Part shown: in pieces, positions 50,092 to 59,987 of the stretch | Position numbering within the stretch: the first letter of the stretch is position 1 | Layout: the number at the start of each line of letters is the position of its first letter | Position numbers and translations under genes: made by a program | Notes under the pieces: model-generated | Databases searched by the model: none | Seen by the model: the letters and a program-made list of their open reading frames with translations, nothing else | Told to the model about the DNA's origin: nothing | NCBI GenBank assembly: GCA_965198115.1 | Contig: OZ240241.1 | Span: 4,128,001 to 4,192,000 of the forward strand | Source: Candidatus Latescibacterota bacterium | GTDB taxonomy: Bacteria; Latescibacterota; UBA2968 | Length of the DNA: 64,000 nucleotides | Direction: 5' to 3'

Positions 50092-50120
50092 TTGACAAGA
50101 CGCAAATCAAGCCCTATAGT
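50092..50120 (+). promoter_or_regulatory. Sigma70-like promoter
   Basis: TTGACA-N17-TATAGT. Confidence 0.7.
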
Positions 50121-50196
50121 TCTCTCGCGTTGTCGTATCTACATACGGCATATAAACTTACACCATTCGGGTCTCCCCCGTCCTCCTTCGAACCGT

Positions 50197-51150
50197 ATGC
50201 AGATTACCTTCTGGGGCGTTCGCGGTTCCATCCCGACACCGATCTCGCCCGACGAACTCGAATTGAAAATCGCCCGCATCCTCGTCGAGGCAAGCGGACA
50301 GGCGTTCAAGAACACGAAAGAGGCTTCCGCCTTTCTGCGCGGTATGCCGTCTCTCGAGGGGGGAACGGCCGGTGGCAACACGGCCTGCCTGGAAGCCTGC
50401 TCGGGCGAAGACTCCCTCCTCATCGATGCCGGATCCGGCCTCCGCGAACTCGGTCGCAAGATGATGACCAACGGGTTCGTCGATGAAAAACCACCCGTTC
50501 ACATCCTGATGAGCCACACCCATTGGGACCACATCTGTGCGTTCCCTTTCTTCACACCCGTCTACATCCCCGGAGCATCCGTCACGCTCTACGGCTGCCA
50601 CGACGAACTGGAAGCCCGATTCCGCAACCAGAACCACCCCTATAACTTTCCCGTCCTGTTCGAAAATATGGCCGCCGACCTCACGTTCGTGCGACTCGAG
50701 CCCGACAAAGCCGTTGATATCAACGGCTTCAACGTGACCGCACACCAGCTTCACCATCCCGGTGACTCCTACGCCTACAGGCTGGAACGAGACGGCAAGT
50801 CATTCGTGTATGCGACCGACGCCTCCTACAACGACCTCACCCCCGATGCGATGGGCGAGTTCATCGAGTTCTACAAGGGGGCGGACGCCCTCGTGTTCGA
50901 CGCCCACTTCGATGACCTGATCGAGTCGTTCGAAAAGAGCGACTGGGGCCATTCCTCCTCTTTCATCGGTGTCGACATCGCGTTGAACGCCGGTGTCAAA
51001 CGTCTGGTTCTTTTCCACCACGACCACCTGAGCGACGATGCCCGCCTCGTCCGCCTGCTCGAAAGCACGAACAACTATCTCAACCACGTCGCCGATGCAG
51101 ACACGTGCGAAGTCATTCTCGGACAGGAAGGAATGGTCCTGGACCTGTAG
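50197..51150 (+). CDS. MBL-fold metallo-hydrolase
   Basis: WGVRGS.P, GGNTAC, SHTHWDH, WGHS and LFHH motifs. Confidence 0.9.
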   Translation: MQITFWGVRGSIPTPISPDELELKIARILVEASGQAFKNTKEASAFLRGMPSLEGGTAGGNTACLEACSGEDSLLIDAGSGLRELGRKMMTNGFVDEKPPVHILMSHTHWDHICAFPFFTPVYIPGASVTLYGCHDELEARFRNQNHPYNFPVLFENMAADLTFVRLEPDKAVDINGFNVTAHQLHHPGDSYAYRLERDGKSFVYATDASYNDLTPDAMGEFIEFYKGADALVFDAHFDDLIESFEKSDWGHSSSFIGVDIALNAGVKRLVLFHHDHLSDDARLVRLLESTNNYLNHVADADTCEVILGQEGMVLDL

Positions 51151-51262
51151 GTGACAGGAACGACGTCGCACCCCACACGCGCCCGCACAGAGTCGAGGCG
51201 CGTCTTTTTTTGTCTATTCACCTATAAATCAAACGGATACATAGCCTCTCTGTGCTCCCTTC

Positions 51263-51290
51263 TTAAAAGTGGCCCCGGGGCCACTTTTAA
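51263..51290. terminator. Perfect 28-bp palindrome, probable bidirectional terminator
   Basis: TTAAAAGTGGCCCCGGGGCCACTTTTAA between convergent genes. Confidence 0.7.
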
Positions 51291-51437
51291 ACCCAACTTC
51301 AGATTCTCCACGTCTTCTCCAAATCGCTACTCGACCATCCGGCAATCGCATCCTCCAGCAACCGTCGCAGATCCTTCGAGCCCGCCGCATCGTCGACGTG
51401 AATGACGTCTGCCGTCTGGTGGTTGTGGGCCATCCAC

Positions 51438-52813
51438 GGAGCTCAGGTCAATAGGTGTGTAAAAGAAATCAGGCGGCCATCTTCCCGGCTTCGACCTGCG
51501 GTCCGGTTGAGTGTTTCTGATCGTAGACTTGTTGTAGCAAGTGTGGCGCGGTGAGTTTCCTGAATCGGCTCTCTGCGACCTTGAGCGTACGCCAGATGAG
51601 AGTCGTGGCGTTCCTGACTTTCTTGAATCGCCTGGCGGCGTTTGTGCGAAGCCGAACGGAAGCAAAGGGGCTCTCGACGACGTTCGTGGTTCTCAGGTGT
51701 TTCCAGTGTTCCTTCGGGAAGTCGTAGAACGTGACCATCCGATCCCAGTTTCTTTCGAGCGTCTCCACGGCGGCAGGGAACTGTGAGCGATACCGTGCGG
51801 CAAAGCGTTTCCGGAGCTTCTCGGCCTCCTTTTTCGTGCCGGCATAGGGGATCTGGACGAGCAGTGCGCGGGCTTCAGCCTGTGCACGCTTGGCGACCTT
51901 GTCGAGCACGTTGAGGATCTTGTGGTTCCAGCACCGTTGTTGCCGGCTCTCTGGCCAGACCTGATCAACGGCCGCCCAGATGCCCATATTCCCGTCCGCG
52001 GCGATCAGGACAGGATGTTCGAGCCCGCGATCCCGGAGATCCCGGAGCACCGTGAGCCAGGATTCTGTAGACTCTCGATAACCGGGTTCTATCGCCAGGA
52101 TCTCCTTGCTGCCGTCGCTCATCGCGCCGATCACGACCAGCAGACACGCCTTCTCGCGCTCGAGCCCGGCTTTGACGTAGATGCCATCAGCCCAGGCGTA
52201 GACCAGTTCGCGATTATCCAGACGCCTTTCTTTCCAGTCCTGGAAGTCGACCTCCCACTTCCCTCGAAGACGAGCGATCGAGGTCGGCGAAAGCGGCGCG
52301 CCATCACCGAGCAGCGCACGCAAAGACAACTCGAAGTCGCCCTGGGAGAGACCGTGGAGATAAAGGTCGGGAAGCAGATCTCCAATGGCCCTGGTTCTCC
52401 GGGCGAACAGGGGGAGGATGCGGCTTTCAAACCGCTCTTCCAGACCACGAACCCGGGGACGCCGGACCTTGATCGTTCCGCAGCTCGTCGAGAGACGCCG
52501 GGGCTTGCCGTAGCCGTTCCTGTAGCCCCTGGAGCTATCGACCTCGGCTCGGCGCTCATACCACGACCGGCCCAAGAACGCGGTCGCCTCCTCCTCCAGA
52601 ATGGACTGGAACCGGCCCTGGATCTCTTCACGGATCCAATCGTCAACCGTCTCCCACGTCGGCATGGACTTCAATGGGGCTCTATGCGTATGTTCCTTCA
52701 CGGCGATCCTCCTTCCCAACCGGGCCTCTCACCCGGTTTTGTGTGAATCAACTATCTCACGGGAAGGGTAGGGTCGCCCTTTCTCTTTTTCCACACCTTT
52801 TGATTATAGCTCC
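51438..52813 (-). mobile_element. IS256-family insertion sequence, copy 2
   Basis: IRs GGAGCTCAGGTCAATAGGTGTG vs GGAGCTATAATCAAAAAGGTGTG; CATCCAC duplicated on both flanks. Confidence 0.93.
51469..52719 (-). CDS. IS256-family DDE transposase
   Basis: Same motifs as 8846-10099; related but clearly non-identical protein. Confidence 0.95.
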   Translation of the reverse strand: MGRRIAVKEHTHRAPLKSMPTWETVDDWIREEIQGRFQSILEEEATAFLGRSWYERRAEVDSSRGYRNGYGKPRRLSTSCGTIKVRRPRVRGLEERFESRILPLFARRTRAIGDLLPDLYLHGLSQGDFELSLRALLGDGAPLSPTSIARLRGKWEVDFQDWKERRLDNRELVYAWADGIYVKAGLEREKACLLVVIGAMSDGSKEILAIEPGYRESTESWLTVLRDLRDRGLEHPVLIAADGNMGIWAAVDQVWPESRQQRCWNHKILNVLDKVAKRAQAEARALLVQIPYAGTKKEAEKLRKRFAARYRSQFPAAVETLERNWDRMVTFYDFPKEHWKHLRTTNVVESPFASVRLRTNAARRFKKVRNATTLIWRTLKVAESRFRKLTAPHLLQQVYDQKHSTGPQVEAGKMAA

Positions 52814-54123
52814 CATCCACGTCTGGAGGATGTTGTAGGCAGCCACATCCTCTTCGGATCGTTCGAGCGGCTCGGTCGAACCGAAAAACCGCGCGTCGAT
52901 TGCGTCGTAGCTGGCCGGCCAATCCGTCAGATCGACGCGTGTTCGTACCTGGAGGAGCGGACCCCATTCCTCCACACAGAACAGTTCCACGGAATGGGGG
53001 TCGACCGATGGCTGGAGCAGAATGACCCGGCTCGCCCGGTCATACCCCACCGGGCGCTCGTGAACGACCAATTGAGTGTTGAACAGCGGATGACACGCCT
53101 GAATCAGACGCGCTTCCAGAATCAGCGCCTCCAGCTCCGACCCTACCTCATCGACGTCCACCGACCATATCCTCTCCAGGATCTTGCGCGTTTTCTCCGG
53201 GCGATCGGCCTGGTCGGCAAAGTAGGTTCGAACACGATCGCGTAAATGCTTGGACTTACCGACGTAAATGACCTCCCCCTCCTGGTCGCGCATCACATAC
53301 ACCCCGGGCGCCTCCGGGAGTGAAGCCAAATCTTCGGCGTCGAACGCGAACGACAAGAAGTGAACTGCATCCCTGATCGGATACTGATCGGCCGTGATTT
53401 CATGGAGGTCGCTCACGCCTTCGTCTTCATACAATTCCAGCAAACCGAGCAGAAGATCCGCGTCTTCCTGCGGACCTCGATCAGACACGCACGGAAGTTT
53501 CAACGCATTGGCGATCGCTTCGAGCGATCCGAACGACCGATCGGGGAAGCGTCGGCGGGCCAGCCGGAACAGGCAAAGCCCCTCGCTTTCGTCCAGCACG
53601 GATCTGCCCAGCCACGTCCTGGACAGGCGGTTGATTTCTCCCCGCACACCCGGAAGACGAAAGGCAACGGGGATAGCACGCTTCCCGAGCACCTCGATCT
53701 CTGCCAACGTCTGGCTCGCCGCCGCCCGCTCGTCCCCCGCGAACGATCCGCCCGATCGGCCCGGTCGACCGTCGAAACCGACACTCGTTGCCGCCAACGC
53801 GTGCCGGTCGTCACGAGACGCGTGCGCGACCACTACATAGCGAACGTCCCTCAGGCTCCGTCGCATCGGTGTCGTGACGATCGTCCACCCGGTGGTCCCA
53901 CGGACCACGCGAGAATCGTCCGCGGCGGCCGCGGCCACGACCCGATCGGCAACCGAACCACGCGCACCCTGCAATCCGAGCGCCTCCTCGGCGATTTCCT
54001 CCGACTCCACTTCGCCGTCGCGTGAAACCAGAAATGTGTAGACTCGATCCGACACGTCATCCGCCAATAGAACAGGGCGGAGACCTGTATCGTCTCCGCC
54101 CTCGATTCCCGTCGTTCAGCACG

Positions 54124-55584
54124 TCAGGCGTTCTTGCTCCGGGGGGTGGAAGGCTTGTCCGAAGACTTGCTCTTGCCATCCGCGTATTCCAGCTTGATCA
54201 GCTTCTTCAACGCATCGATTTCCTCGTCCAAAGCGCTGATCTTTTCGTTTTGTAAAAAAACCAGATCGGCGTAAATGCGGGACCGCTCCTCCTGGTTGAG
54301 CACGGTCTTCCGCAGTGCGTCGATCTTGCTCAGAAGTGCTTCCGCCGTCTCGCCGGGTGGCAGCGCGGGCCTCCCATCCTCACCCGGCGATCCGAAGGCG
54401 TCTACGTGCTTACGTAGAGCCTCGTCCATTTCGGCTAGCTTTTTCTCCGCCTCTTCGATTTCTCGAATGACGGGACGCTTTTCCACAGCATACTTGAGCA
54501 CGTCGTCGAACCCACCATCTCTTTGTCGTCTGCGATACATCGGATGCGACGGGCCCGATCGCCGCCGGCGATAGACCACGATCAGGACCGCGACGAAGGC
54601 CAGAGCCCCGATGGCCAGCGCGGGCAAGAGGTAGGTCGCATACGTCGAGAAAAACTCGAACGAGGGTTCGCTTTCTTCCTCGACCGGTAGGGGTTCGGTT
54701 TCGGGGGCCTCATCCTCATCAGCGGGCTTGAGCAACCGGCCGAGATAGAACTGTGCCTCCGGCCGGGACGGGCGTCCTTTGATCGCCCGCCTGTAGTGCT
54801 CGATCGCGGCATCCCGCTCACCCGCTTTTTCGAACGTCTTCGCGGCGTCGAACAACAGGGGCCCGTTGTTCGCATCCGCTTCCACCGCCTTGTGAAAAGC
54901 CTCAGCCGCCTCAACGTGGTTGCCCGCACCGGCGAGCTCCCTGGCTTGGGCGGAATAGTCGATCTCCGGTTCCGGTTCGGGCTCGGACACTGGAGCGGTC
55001 GTTTCGGCGGCCGTCGACGTCTGCTCGGTGGGCACCGTTTCCGGGGCCAGCGGTTCGTGTCGAACCATATCCCCACGAATCCATCCACGACGGCCGGTGG
55101 GGAGGAGCACCAGATACCACCCGTTTCGTTCCCGCACCATCCCCAACGCCGTGCCCTTGGTCGCCTTGTCGATCACACGGGACCCGACGCTCGCCTGGTT
55201 GCGGATATTCACGTTGTTCGGCAACACGATCAGCTTGTCGCGTGCAATGTCAACGCTCAGGTAGCGCGCCGTGATCCACCCGGATGCCCCGGCGGAAAGC
55301 TCGACATGGATCCAATCGCCCTCGTTGCCGAAGGTGCGCCGCCCCAGCAGCTTCATCTGCGTGCCTTCGGGAATCCACTCGATGAAAGCGCCCTTCACGA
55401 ACCGACCGTCCGCGCTTTCGGTCGGGACCGAGCGTGCCCGGACCCTGCCCGCAGGTGTATTCGCCACGATCGCGACCTGGTCTCCGTGACGCACCTGGGC
55501 ATCGATTGGCGTGGACCCGAACAGGACAAACCACGCGATCACAACACCCAGAATCAGGATCTTGAAGTCGTAAAACCGATCCAC
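54124..55584 (-). CDS. Membrane protein with tandem SH3b domains, TPRs, TM helix and cytoplasmic coiled coil
   Basis: W..V.L..G..GWI occurs twice; TPR helices; hydrophobic segment followed by RRRR. Confidence 0.75.
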   Translation of the reverse strand: MDRFYDFKILILGVVIAWFVLFGSTPIDAQVRHGDQVAIVANTPAGRVRARSVPTESADGRFVKGAFIEWIPEGTQMKLLGRRTFGNEGDWIHVELSAGASGWITARYLSVDIARDKLIVLPNNVNIRNQASVGSRVIDKATKGTALGMVRERNGWYLVLLPTGRRGWIRGDMVRHEPLAPETVPTEQTSTAAETTAPVSEPEPEPEIDYSAQARELAGAGNHVEAAEAFHKAVEADANNGPLLFDAAKTFEKAGERDAAIEHYRRAIKGRPSRPEAQFYLGRLLKPADEDEAPETEPLPVEEESEPSFEFFSTYATYLLPALAIGALAFVAVLIVVYRRRRSGPSHPMYRRRQRDGGFDDVLKYAVEKRPVIREIEEAEKKLAEMDEALRKHVDAFGSPGEDGRPALPPGETAEALLSKIDALRKTVLNQEERSRIYADLVFLQNEKISALDEEIDALKKLIKLEYADGKSKSSDKPSTPRSKNA

Positions 55585-56387
55585 TCCGCCTCCTGCACGA
55601 CGTCGACGATACCGAAACTCGCGCTTTCCAAGCTGGACTGGAAGTCCGCGTGCTCACGCGACAACAGCCCACCAAAAATGACGTGGCCTCCGGGTAGAAC
55701 GGCGTGGTGAAGCCGTCCTAGCATCGGCCTCAGAATGCTACTGATGATATTCGCCACCACCAAGTCGTAGCCGCTATCCTCCGCCGCCACGGACCGGGTT
55801 TCCACCACGATCCCGTCCACACCGTTCAGCGCGGCGTTTTCTCTCACATTCTCTATCGCCTGCGGGTCCGTGTCGACCGCCAACGCCTCACTCGCTCCGA
55901 GCCGTCGGGCGGCGATCGCCAGGATGCCGGAACCCGTCCCTACATCCAGGACACGATCCCCAGGCCGTATCACACCCTCCATTGTTCTGAGCGCCAGTCG
56001 CGTGGTGGGGTGACCTCCCGTTCCGAAAGCGGTCTTGGGCTCGATCAGGATCCGGATCCCGTTTTCCGGCTCGGCTACTTCGTGCCACGGGGCGCAAACG
56101 ACGATCCGCGACGAAGGCCACACAGGCTCGAATCGATCTCGCCACGTTGCGGCCCAATCTGTCGTCTCGACTTCCTCCACCGACACGGTCACCGATGGCA
56201 AGCGAGCCCGGACCTGCCTCAATACCTCAGCCCGCAAGGTCTCGGACGGAAAGTAAGCGATCAGCCGCCCGTCATTCTCTTCGGCCTCTTCCTGGATGCC
56301 GCAGCAACCCAGTTCAAACAGGACGTTGGACGCTGTCTCGAACGCCTCGGGAGCAAGTTCGACGACGATTCGATACCAGGATTTCAC
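55554..56387 (-). CDS. prmA: Ribosomal protein L11 methyltransferase
   Basis: AFGTGGHPTT, LDVGTGSGIL and VANI motifs; lies downstream of dnaJ. Confidence 0.93.
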   Translation of the reverse strand: MKSWYRIVVELAPEAFETASNVLFELGCCGIQEEAEENDGRLIAYFPSETLRAEVLRQVRARLPSVTVSVEEVETTDWAATWRDRFEPVWPSSRIVVCAPWHEVAEPENGIRILIEPKTAFGTGGHPTTRLALRTMEGVIRPGDRVLDVGTGSGILAIAARRLGASEALAVDTDPQAIENVRENAALNGVDGIVVETRSVAAEDSGYDLVVANIISSILRPMLGRLHHAVLPGGHVIFGGLLSREHADFQSSLESASFGIVDVVQEAEWIGFTTSRS

Positions 56388-56483
56388 TCGAAAGGGGGAG
56401 ATTTAAGGCGAGGGAGAGGTCCTAAATGGCTGAAAAGCAACGCTTTCTGAATATAGGCCAGGGGTTGGGGCTTGCCAACCCAC

Positions 56484-56525
56484 AAAAAAGAGCCACCTGA
56501 ACCCCGATTGGGGCCCAGGCGGCTC
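56484..56525 (-). terminator. Intrinsic terminator upstream of prmA
   Basis: GAGCCGCCTGGGCCCC-AATC-GGGGTTCAGGTGGCTC-TTTTTT. Confidence 0.85.
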
Positions 56526-56538
56526 AGCTTGGCCGGCA

Positions 56539-56619
56539 TCCCTGCGCGTTTATCCACATCCTGTGTGCGTATCCAAGGACCAGTTTTCCCTCGGGAGGAA
56601 AGGCGGTATCACTGGATAC
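56539..56619 (-). ncRNA. Candidate riboswitch aptamer (ykkC-like variant)
   Basis: GTATCCA/TGGATAC stem enclosing CCG..ACTGGTCC, then ACAC and a TGTG-GATAAACG-CGCA hairpin; lies between a TATACT -10 and the terminator. Confidence 0.4.
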
Positions 56620-56764
56620 TACTAAGTATATCGTCAGTCGATTTAGTTTCCGCACTTCTTTCTGCCACGCGAGGCGGACACGACGCCGAAAAGCACCCAA
56701 AACGACGAAAAACGGCCCCAGCCACGAGGGGCACGAGCCGTCATCGATCCCTCTTTGAGAGTGC

Positions 56765-57925
56765 TCAGCCGCTCAGAACGTCTTTCAATCGGTCAAAGAA
56801 CCCTTTCCCACCCTCGGGGGGCGCTCCGTTTTCCAACTCGGACAACTCCTGGAAGATCTCCTGCTCCTGACGATTCAGTTTTTTGGGCGTCCAGACCATC
56901 ACCCGAACCAGCTCGTCACCCGTCCCGTAGCCGTTCACATCGGGAATGCCCTTTCCCCGCAGCCGGAAAACCTGCCCGGATTGGGTGCCGGCAGGCACCT
57001 TCATCAGGGCTCTGCCTCCCAGCGTCGGTACTTCGATATCGGCACCCAGCGCGGCCTGCGAGAAGCTGATCGGCAGGTCATAGACCACGTTGTTCCCGTG
57101 TCGCTCGAACTGATCGTGCTCGATCTCCTGCACGAAGACCTGGCTGTCGCCGGCAGGCCCGCCCCGACGACCCACGCTCCCCTGGCCGCGCAGTGGGATG
57201 TAGTTCCCCTCGGCTACACCGGCTGGAATGTTGACCGACAGGCTGGTCTGTGTCTTGACACGACCATCGCCCCCGCACTGGGCACAGGGTTGCGCGATCG
57301 AGGTACCCTCGCCGGCGCAACGCGGACACGTCGTCACATTCACGAACTGCCCGAAGAGCGATCTCGTCGCCTGTCGAATCTGCCCCGTACCTCCGCAGGT
57401 CTCGCACGCCACGGGCTGACACCCTGCTTTGGCCCCGCTTCCGTCGCAACGGTCGCAGCGGTCGAGTCGAGTCAACTTGATCTTCTTCTGCACACCTTCG
57501 GCGATCTCCTCGAGCGTGAGCGGCAGTGTAATGCGCAGGTCTTCGCCCCGCTGGGGTCCCCGTCTTCCCCCGCCCCGACGGCCAAAGATATCCCCAAAGA
57601 TGCCGCCGCCGAAGATATCGTCGAGACTGGAGAAGATGTCCTCGAAGTCTCCTGCGTGGCTGAAGTCGGACCAGTTGAACCCACCTGACGCGAACGGTCC
57701 CCCCAGACCCTGATGACCGAATCGGTCGTAGGTCTGGCGCTTCTGTGGGTCGCTCAGAACTTCGTACGCCTCGGCCGCCTCCTTGAAACTCGTCTCGGCC
57801 GCCGCATCGCCCGGGTTTCGATCGGGATGATACTTCAGCGCCAGCTTCCGATACGATTTCTTGATATCGTCTTCGGAGGCGTCGCGCCCCACACTCAGGA
57901 CTTCGTAGTAGTCGCGTTTGTCCAA
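56765..57925 (-). CDS. dnaJ: Chaperone DnaJ
   Basis: HPD motif, G/F-rich region and four CxxCxGxG repeats. Confidence 0.97.
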   Translation of the reverse strand: MDKRDYYEVLSVGRDASEDDIKKSYRKLALKYHPDRNPGDAAAETSFKEAAEAYEVLSDPQKRQTYDRFGHQGLGGPFASGGFNWSDFSHAGDFEDIFSSLDDIFGGGIFGDIFGRRGGGRRGPQRGEDLRITLPLTLEEIAEGVQKKIKLTRLDRCDRCDGSGAKAGCQPVACETCGGTGQIRQATRSLFGQFVNVTTCPRCAGEGTSIAQPCAQCGGDGRVKTQTSLSVNIPAGVAEGNYIPLRGQGSVGRRGGPAGDSQVFVQEIEHDQFERHGNNVVYDLPISFSQAALGADIEVPTLGGRALMKVPAGTQSGQVFRLRGKGIPDVNGYGTGDELVRVMVWTPKKLNRQEQEIFQELSELENGAPPEGGKGFFDRLKDVLSG

Positions 57926-57969
57926 ACGATCCCCTGAAACAAAAAGATGCAGGCTGCGTGCCTGCCCCT

Positions 57970-58587
57970 CTAAGACTCGTCTTCTTTCTCTTCTGTCTCG
58001 CTGACCGGTGCACCCGTGCTGACGACGACCTTGGCGTGCCGAACCACCTTGCTTCCCAACCGGTAGCCCTTTTCGACCACGTTGGCGACGACGCCCGCCT
58101 CGTACTCTTCCGAAGCCACCTGCATCAACGCTTCGTGATCGTTCGGATCGAACGGTTTGCCCAGCGCATCGATCTCCGTCAACCCGCGTCCTTCGAGGAC
58201 CTTCGAGAAGTCGGTCATGATCATCCGCACGCCCGACTTGAAGCTCTCCGAGTCCTCATCCCCCTCGGCGTGATCGAGTGCCCGGCTGACCGAATCGATC
58301 GTAGGCAAAAGATCCCGGACCAGAGCCTCGTTTGCGGAGTCGATCAACGACTGTATCTCACGAGAAGTCCGCTTTTTATAGTTGTCGAATTCCGCTGCAA
58401 GACGCATCCACCGATCCTTGTGCTCCTCGGCTTCGCGTGTCGCGACAGTCAGCGAGTCTTCTTCAAGTGCTTCCGGTTCTTCGGCTTCCGTTTCGGCCGC
58501 TTCGTCGCCGGCTCCTTCCTCCTCGTCATCCTTCACTGCTTCAGAAACCGATTCCAGCTCTTCCTCGACCTCTTCCTGCTCACTCAT
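57970..58587 (-). CDS. grpE: Nucleotide exchange factor GrpE
   Basis: [17 protein letters not shown] and KGY.L motifs. Confidence 0.96.
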   Translation of the reverse strand: MSEQEEVEEELESVSEAVKDDEEEGAGDEAAETEAEEPEALEEDSLTVATREAEEHKDRWMRLAAEFDNYKKRTSREIQSLIDSANEALVRDLLPTIDSVSRALDHAEGDEDSESFKSGVRMIMTDFSKVLEGRGLTEIDALGKPFDPNDHEALMQVASEEYEAGVVANVVEKGYRLGSKVVRHAKVVVSTGAPVSETEEKEDES

Positions 58588-58593
58588 GCAGGT

Positions 58594-59637
58594 TTACCTC
58601 TCTTCGAACTTCTCTTCCAAAAGGTTCTCCGTCAGACTGGCCATATACCGAACCAGGGGGACCATTTTGGCGTAGGCCAGTCGGGTCGGCCCCATCAGCC
58701 CGATCACCCCCGTGACATTCCCCATCCGATACTTCGACGTCAGCAGGCTACACGCACTCAACTCGGGCGAGTCGTTTTCCTGGCCGATCGTAATGGCAAT
58801 GCCCTCACCCATCCGATCGTTCAGGATGGCTGTCATCTGGCTTCGCTCTTCGAACAGCTCGTAGAGCTGAGCCAGCTGATCCTTGTTGTCGCTGAATTCC
58901 GGCTGAAGGAAGAAATTCCCGGTTCCAACCAGGTGCAGGTCATCGTCGGTACTGAACTCGAACAGCGAATCGGCAGTGTCGCATATGAGACGCAGGAGTT
59001 TGGGTGACCCCTCGCTCGAGCCCTGCAGACGTTCACCGACGTTGCTGAGGATGTCCCCGATCGAGAGCCCCGACAGCCGCTCGTTGACCAAACGGCGCGT
59101 GCTCTCCAGGTCTTCAGCCTCCAGCCGCGCATCCACTTCCATGACCATCGTCTTGACGAGACCCGACTGGATGGTCACGACGATAAGCAGTTTCGACTCG
59201 CTCAGGTGAATCATATCGATGCTGCGGAAGCGGCCTTCCTTGAATCGTGGTGTCAGCGCCACGCCAAGGTTGTGCGAAACATCGGCAATGACCCGGGATA
59301 CCTGGCTCATCAAACCTTCGATGTTGTTTTCCCGGATCGCCGCCTCTACCATTTCTCGCAACCGCGACCGTTCGTCTTCGGAGATTTCCTGCTGTCCCAT
59401 GATGGCATCGACGTAGACCCGGTAGCCCTTATCGGTCGGCACGCGTCCAGCCGAGGTATGGGGCTGATGCAGGTATCCCTTCTCCTCGAGGTCGGCCATC
59501 GAATTCCGAACGGTGGCCGGACTCAGGGACATTCCCGTCTTGGCCAGGGTTCGAGAGCCGACGGGCTCACCCGTATCGATGTAGCAGGTAACCAGGCGGT
59601 CGAGAATCGACCGCTCTCTCTTGGAAAGATCCTCCAT
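58594..59637 (-). CDS. hrcA: Heat-inducible transcription repressor
   Basis: EPVGSRTL, SPATVRN, QPHTSAGRVPT and GPTR..Y motifs. Confidence 0.96.
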   Translation of the reverse strand: MEDLSKRERSILDRLVTCYIDTGEPVGSRTLAKTGMSLSPATVRNSMADLEEKGYLHQPHTSAGRVPTDKGYRVYVDAIMGQQEISEDERSRLREMVEAAIRENNIEGLMSQVSRVIADVSHNLGVALTPRFKEGRFRSIDMIHLSESKLLIVVTIQSGLVKTMVMEVDARLEAEDLESTRRLVNERLSGLSIGDILSNVGERLQGSSEGSPKLLRLICDTADSLFEFSTDDDLHLVGTGNFFLQPEFSDNKDQLAQLYELFEERSQMTAILNDRMGEGIAITIGQENDSPELSACSLLTSKYRMGNVTGVIGLMGPTRLAYAKMVPLVRYMASLTENLLEEKFEER

Positions 59638-59700
59638 AGGCCTCTCACCCTCTCGGGATGTGATGCTACGAAGGGGGAGCATCGACGAATAGGGGACACG

Positions 59701-59727
59701 AAAACAGGGCCTCCGAAGAGGCCCTGT
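59701..59727 (-). terminator. Terminator-like hairpin in the hrcA leader
   Basis: ACAGGGCCTC-TTCG-GAGGCCCTGT-TTT. Confidence 0.7.
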
Positions 59728-59754
59728 CATAGATGTAACTCTATGACCGCCCTA

Positions 59755-59783
59755 AAAATACGCCACGAAAAGGAAGCTGTCAA
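59755..59783 (-). promoter_or_regulatory. Sigma70-like promoter upstream of hrcA
   Basis: TTGACA-N17-TATTTT. Confidence 0.65.
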
Positions 59784-59987
59784 GATCTGGAACAGTTTGC
59801 AAATGGCGGAGAATGCCGGCCTGACGGAGAAGAAGTCATTCCTCCACCGCATCGACCAGGTAGAGATCGCTCACGGGTCGGTGGGAAACGTGGACAATCC
59901 CGCCACGCACGTAGCGTCAATCGATTTCGGAACGGCTATCCAAGGCTTCTACACGTTCGGCTCTTCCACCCGCAACGGGCGTGATCC

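Larger units (their letters stand above)
51299..54067 (-). pseudogene. DnaQ-like + GIY-YIG (UvrC/Cho-like) protein, interrupted near its 3' end by IS256
   Basis: PGVYVM, IYVGKS.HLR.RV..YF and ELEALILE; the last 43 codons (AHNHQ...TWRI-stop) lie at 51299-51430 beyond the IS. Confidence 0.85.

Noticed and set aside
56410-56547. 6S RNA-like segment (CACCTGAACC...GGCATCCC) on the plus strand
   Set aside because: No convincing long closing stem or central bubble; better explained as the reverse complement of the minus-strand terminator.
56550-56558. Perfect DnaA box TTATCCACA suggesting an origin
   Set aside because: It is a single box with no cluster or AT-rich unwinding region, and it coincides with the candidate aptamer hairpin.
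56741-56767. CIRCE-like half site TGAGCACTC at the dnaJ stop
   Set aside because: The second arm (GATCGATGA) does not match GAGTGCTAA and the position is at a gene end.
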